From: Eledone cirrhosa
Lineage: Eukaryota
NCBI GenBank assembly: GCA_964016885.1
Contig: OZ024740.1
Span: forward strand, 311,488,001-311,552,000
Reading direction: 5' to 3'
Length of the DNA: 64,000 nucleotides
Made by a program: the position numbers and the translations under genes
Shown here: positions 58,201 through 64,000 of the stretch, in pieces
How the letters are laid out: each line of letters starts with the position of its first letter
Position numbering within the stretch: position 1 is the stretch's first letter
The notes under the pieces: generated by a model
What the model saw: only the letters and a program-made list of their open reading frames with translations
Told to the model about the DNA's origin: nothing
The model's database searches: none

Positions 58201-59093
58201 AGACAAAATGGCTCAAATCCTGCTTCGGCCAACTTTGCCTTTCATCCTTCCAGATCAATAAAACAATCACCATCATGCTCTATCATCAATTCAATCAAAT
58301 CTCCCCCTCTCCCCCAAACTTGTGTCCTTGTGGCAATGTTAGAAATCAATAAGAATTATTTCTAACTTTGGCACAAAACCAGAAATTTGTAAGGAACTGA
58401 ACTAGCACCTGTATAATCATCATCCATCTTGGCATACTGGTTGCATGGATTGCAATGAATTTCCATTTCAAGCCAACTCTGTCATCCATTGCTCATGGCA
58501 GGTTCAGCGAATTACACTCAGCATCCTCACATAGCTGTTTGAGGTAGGTTCAGTGAGATCTGCTCATGTTGGTTTTATATATTTCTAACCCGTTTAATAC
58601 AGGTATTTATTTGATTCACTATTGAGGGATAAATGGTGACAGCCTCCTCTGTAGGATTTAAACTCAATGAGAATTAAATTTAACTAAATAGCACATATTT
58701 TGTCCAGCACTATACCGATTCTGCCATCTATTCTGCTTGTTAATAATATTAGAAACCATTATTTCTAATATCAAGCACAATTTTAGGGAAGAGGAAAATC
58801 AGTTAAATCAACCCCAGAATCCTGAAAGACAAATCTAATCCCAGCAGGATTTGAATTTGGAATATAAAGAAACTTAACTAAATACTTCAAGGTATTTTGA
58901 CCAACAGACTACTCTTTCTGTCATTCCTCTGTCTTTTTTTATTTAATAATCATAATTATATTAGTATTTATCGATAATCTTATCAACTAAATGTAAGTTC
59001 TATTAAATGTTATCCTCAGATGTCTGACAATGATTAAGTTTATATATTTTTTTTTTAAATAAACAAATACGAAAAATATAGAATTTGTTAGTA

Positions 59094-59330
59094 TTAAGTA
59101 CGTTTTTGAGATGCAATGTAATTAGTTGTACCTGTAGAGTTAATTAATGGGGTATCTACAAAAGTGACGATGCACGGATCTCCTTCATTACAGGGAGCAG
59201 ACTCTAGTTCAAATAGCACAACAGTGTTTACACCTGGTACTAATAAAGTTTTAGGTACAAATAATCGGATTTGAGGACCTTTGGTTGACCAATATCTTCC
59301 TAAATTAAAGCCATTGATGTACACTTGACC
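59094..59330 (-). CDS. Terminal exon of a GH35 beta-galactosidase (GLB1/GLB1L-like); upstream exons were not found and presumably lie beyond the window
   Basis: CAG|GQVYINGFNLGRYWSTKGPQIRLFVP...NTVVLFELE matches the GH35 C-terminal motif GQVxINGFNLGRYW..GPQ; TAA at 59094-59096. Confidence 0.9.
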   Translation of the reverse strand, partial: GQVYINGFNLGRYWSTKGPQIRLFVPKTLLVPGVNTVVLFELESAPCNEGDPCIVTFVDTPLINSTGTTNYIASQKRT

Positions 59331-59349
59331 CTGAGTAGAAAACAAAGAT

Positions 59350-61495
59350 AACAATAATAATAATACAATAATAATAACAATGCTTTCTTTATTAACCACA
59401 AGGGTTTACACAAAGTAAGACATTAAGGACAATACAGGACGGTACAAATGGGCATTTCTGTGTGTAAAAAAACCCAAAAAACAGGATGTAACAAAAAAAG
59501 AAACAATGAAAAATTCCCCAATAGGGGGGAGACTTCCAAGGGACATTCGTGGAGAAAGCCCATTAAAAAAGCCACGGTGACCCTGACCACCAGGGCAAGT
59601 GCCCTCTCCCAGTTTTCCATCTTCAATTTACAGGCACATACTCAGAGTAGGCCCATTCACACGAGCCATTCTTGCCTCTCTCACCCATCTTTCAACAAAA
59701 TGCTAGGAAGAGAGCACTTCCCTCTCTACCCTGATTTTCCTTTTCAAATGAAATTTGAAAAAGTTAATCAGGGCATCACCGAAGCCCTTTCAAACGCGTC
59801 CACCATACTATCTCTTTTGCCATGGCCACCAGACAGATAAAGGAAGAGAGCCGGGAAATCCTCACGATGGACTCAGCTGATAGCCGGATCCGTCCTACAT
59901 GCGACAGCAGAGGTTCGACATAAACCCACAAGTCAGCAATGCTCGGACACGTGCAGGACGGTTTTGTCGTCCTGCGCGCATCTCAACATGCCCGGCTGAC
60001 GGCACCTCCGTGCCTGTAGAGTTTATCCTTAACTGGCAAAGCTCCTCAGTAGCACTGGCAGGCCAGGGATTTCTGGAAGTTGTCCATAGGCCCCGGCCCG
60101 AAAGTTCTTCTGAAGAGATTGGCTAGTTGATTTTCGTTGATGCCTAGAGTTTCCCCAAGTACGTCGTCGCTCTTCCCCTCCACTAATCCTCTATAGAACG
60201 TCAAGGTGGAGTTTCCACCGATCACATTGCCCGATTGGTCGAGGGCTGTGAGCGCCTGAAGACATTCCAGTCTCCAAGCGCTCCCTCTCGGTCTTCGCTT
60301 GACCCAGGACTGCAGCTCCGTCAAGGAGACGAGCTGGGGAAAGACGTGTCTAGCAAACGGCGACCAGACCTGATTACCGTCGAGGAAGAGGTGGAGATGT
60401 CGTAGCCTGAGCGCGTGTCTGTGCATCATCAGCTACGACATGCCCAGCCCTCCACGTAGTGGGTGTTGACAACAGATGGACCGGCTGACCATCGGAGCGT
60501 GTCCCTTCCACAAAAAGAGAAAGAGCAAACGCTCCAGCGCAGTCAGGCGAAGCTTAGGACAAGGCACGACGGTCAGGCAGTAGTAGATGATGGACGCGAT
60601 GTACGCATTCGCCACCTCCGCTCAACCTTTCAGGGATAGCTTCCTCTCTGCCCACTTTGTGAGAGAAGTCACCCTGCTCGTCACCTCGTCCTAGTTTTTG
60701 TGTCTGGAGGTCCGGACTGAGCCAGAGCTCTAGCAATGTAACAGGTCCGTCCGTCTGTCCAACACCCGACGATGCTGTTGGACGGCATGGACCTGCCTCT
60801 CCAGTTGCCAAGCTGCAGGCCCACCAACTTTTCCGATCATTGCTCCTGTCACTGCTTCGTATTCTCTTAGTGTAGTTCTGATCGCCTCGATGTGTTTGGC
60901 GTTCGACACCACTACAGTGACATCATCCGTATATGCTGACACGGATCTTCCGCATCCTAGTCCACGCGGGACCCCCCTCAATGTCTCCAGTTTGTGCAGT
61001 AATGGCTCGTGAGTCAATGCGTACAACAGGGATGAGAGGGGACATCCTTGGCGGACTGAGTGCATGATGTTGAACGGTTCCGAAAGATGACTGTTCACTC
61101 TTACCACAGAGCAGATGTCGCTGCCAGATAACAATGGTCGACCCTATCGAAAGCTTTCGACTGATCTAAATTGATCAAGGACCCACCCGTGCCAGGTTCC
61201 CTAGCTACCCTCTCCACGATGTATCGCATGAAGTGGGGGTTGTCGTGGATGGGTGTATGGAATGACGCATGTCTGCGCCTCTCCCACCAGACCACCAACG
61301 ACAAGCGCCAACCTCTTTGCTAACACCTTGGCCAAAATCTTGAACTCTGTGTTTAGCAGAATTATGGGCCTGAAATTATCTATGTTATCCCCCTTGTTCG
61401 GATCCTTTCTCAGCAGCGCCACCGCTCCTCGGCTCACAGAGCTGGGAATTCTCCCATTCTGTTGCCAGTTGCAGTAGACGTCTGCCAAGAGGTTT
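59350..61495 (-). mobile_element. 5'-truncated L1/Tx1-clade LINE ORF2 (RT and C-terminus) in the last intron of the beta-galactosidase gene
   Basis: [48 protein letters not shown] and GGLGM motifs across frameshifts; AATAAA at 59388-59393 followed by a (TTA)n tail. Confidence 0.9.
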
Positions 61496-62744
61496 AAAAG
61501 TTTAAATTTTGGGCTCAAGGCCCCAAATTTTTAGTGTCCTTTTCAGAAAGCAATATATCAGAACTTATAAACACTTAACAACAAAAATTTTCCATAACTG
61601 GCAATTTGAAACAACTGAGAACAACAAACCTTTGTGGAGCTCACAATAATACGATTTACTACATAGGTCGCCAATAATAATAATAATAACAATATCAACA
61701 TCATCATCATTTAATGTCCATTTTCCACACTAGCATGGGTAGGACGGGCTGTCCCTTTATGAGAGATCAGGTCGGAGGACCATGTTTCGCTCACACAGAA
61801 CTGGTTTTGGCTTGGTTTCTATGTCTGGATGCCCTGCCTAATGCCAACCACAGTGGGCTGGGCACTTTTTGTCGTGTCGCCAACATGACCACTTTATAGT
61901 ATAGACGCTTTGTCATAACCAATGCGAGCACTTTACAGTATGGACTGGGTGCTTTTTGTTGTGACACCTACACAACCACATTACAGTGTGGATTGGTCAC
62001 TTTTGTCATGACACCTACACAACCACTTTATAGTGTGGACTGGTCGCTTTTCTCATGGCTCCAGGGGTACCACTTTATGGTGTGGGTTGGGAACTTGGGT
62101 GGGGAAGATGCTTGAGGAATTGGGGATGTAGGTAATGGAGTGGGATTATTTCAGCAAGGGAGGTGTATTGGAGGGAAGATGGTAGGGGAAGGCGTTGCCT
62201 CAGCTTGAACATATGGGAAGGCGGGTCTTCTGTAATACTGCATAGTCCCAGAGATTGCGAATCTTAACTATAATAAAGAAAGGAGTGCAGGACTGCATCC
62301 AGAATATATTTTTTTACCCCGATTGTAAAATAAGTTGGATTACTTTGAATAAATAATGAATGAATATTACATAATTTATCTACTAAATTTTGTGGCTGTT
62401 GATTAAATATATTTTATAGCTTATTTAAAGATTCACTTCTTTAAAATTGTCAAATGTCAACACTTCCGGTTAGCGGCCCTTATATTATAACACTTATAAT
62501 CGCATATATTTCCGTCGCTAATTTTCTCCTAATGCAGTTTATATATAATATCGTCTTTTTTTAAAATATATCATGGATTACGTTACTGATTACAGAAGAC
62601 AGTGTAACACAGGCTTCATTCAATTTCTGTGTATATTGTCAATTACGATTTTATTTACATGCATATATATTTGTGTATAATATCAATATACACACTACAC
62701 ATGCTAGCAGAAAACCACCTGAAGGGTGGTATTTCTGCTAGTAA

Positions 62745-64000
62745 TAATAATACTGGCAGCCATGTTCAATGATTGAATAATGTCAGGTGAAGTACTGCAG
62801 GGGTTGACAAAAGGTACCACGGTTCTAATAATGAAAGACTGAGTGAAGGGAAATGAGGTTACCAACTATAGGACTATCGCATGCCTGTCATTGATGTGGA
62901 AATTGCTAACAAGCATTATGCTTGAGGAAATTACCACCACCTCAACATAAACAACTTATTGCTGGGGGAACAGAAAGGATGCCAAAAGAAGTCCAGTTAC
63001 TTATAGACAAGATGATAATAAAGAACAGCAAGAAGAGGCATACTGGTCTTGCTATGGGATGGATAAACTTCAAGAAAGCATTCAACGTGGTCCCTCATTC
63101 TTGGATAACCAAGTGTCTAGATATATTCAAGGTGGCCAACAACATCAGACTGCTATTAAGTAATAGCATGAAGAACTGGGAGTTAACATTGGGGGAAGAA
63201 TCCTTGGGAGGAGTGAAAATCAAGAAAGGTATTTTCCAAGGAAATAGTCTGTCTCCTTTATTGTTTGTCCTTACCCTCATACACTTTTCCCTCATATTGC
63301 AAAGAGTGAAGGCAGGATACAAACTAGGAAGAGGGGAGCTTACCATCAACCACCTCTTCATGGACAAACTAAAACTCTTCGGGAAAAATGAGGAGTTGGA
63401 TGTACTTGTTAACTTTATTCATATTTTCAGCAAGCAATGATATATGTATTGAATTTGGTGTTAATAAGTATGGAGTCCTAGAAATGGGGCAAATTGAAAA
63501 GAAGAAAAGGAATCATGATACCAACGGGTGAGGTGATAAAGAAGATCAACACTAAAGAAAGATATAGGTATTTGGGTGTTTTGGATGCAGATAACATCAA
63601 GGACAATAAAATGAAGGAGACTATAAGATCTGAATACAATACATACGGAGAGTAAGAAAAATACTAAAATCACATCTGAATAGTAGGAAGCTATAAGTGC
63701 AGTAAATTCCAAAGCTGTGTCTATTATTAGGTACAGTGTGGGAATTCTTAAATGGAACGTAAACAAGCAAAAATAACTGGATAGAAAGACAAGGAAATTA
63801 ATGACTACCTACAGTAGGTTTCAGAAGAAAGGTGATATTGATTAACCGTACTTAAAGAGATCTGAAGGCAGGAGAGGTCTTATCAGATGGAGAAGAGCTG
63901 TTTACATAAATATGTGCCTGAGAGTAACAAGCCAATGCTTAAGGCTGTATTTAAAGAGGAGATAATAGACCAGGGAATAGCCAAGAAAGAAGTAATGACA
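62745..64000 (+). mobile_element. R4/Dong-like non-LTR retrotransposon RT fragment, running off the window end
   Basis: WINFKKAFNVVPHSWI, KGIFQGNSLSPLLF, INHLFMDKLKL, YRYLG and GRRGL motifs; degraded. Confidence 0.85.

Noticed and set aside
62704-62741. 15-bp bulged hairpin TAGCAGAAAACCACC/GGTGGTATTTCTGCTA
   Set aside because: No complete ribozyme or terminator context; probably a TE-end remnant.

Overview
AT-rich eukaryotic (metazoan) genomic DNA. The intron-rich genes, (TA)n/(CA)n/(CAT)n/(AAT)n microsatellites and RTE-tailed tRNA-derived SINEs suggest a mollusc, probably an octopus-like cephalopod (inference). Read by hand, the window holds three complete multi-exon genes and the last exon of a fourth: PPP6C (minus, 10 coding exons, 29606->4853, 305 aa), METTL5 (minus, 5 exons, 45889->40906, 220 aa), INO80C/IES6 (plus, 5 exons, 48587->55216, 173 aa, head-to-head with METTL5) and the terminal exon of a GH35 beta-galactosidase (minus, 59330->59094). 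The rest is TE debris: RTE, L1/Tx1, R4/Dong and CR1 LINE pieces, at least two SINE families and TTAA-flanked piggyBac-type MITEs. Most notable: (1) PPP6C intron 7 is a minor-spliceosome (U12) intron whose termini read AT-AA rather than AT-AC; (2) two near-identical inverted RTE copies of about 1 kb bracket PPP6C exons 3-7; (3) a 324-bp foldback palindrome has a right arm that fits a type I hammerhead ribozyme core; (4) a sense L1/Tx1 poly(A) tail abuts the beta-galactosidase last-exon acceptor. No prokaryotic features (CRISPR, operons) are present. TE boundaries are approximate, and all family names come from motif recognition rather than database searches.
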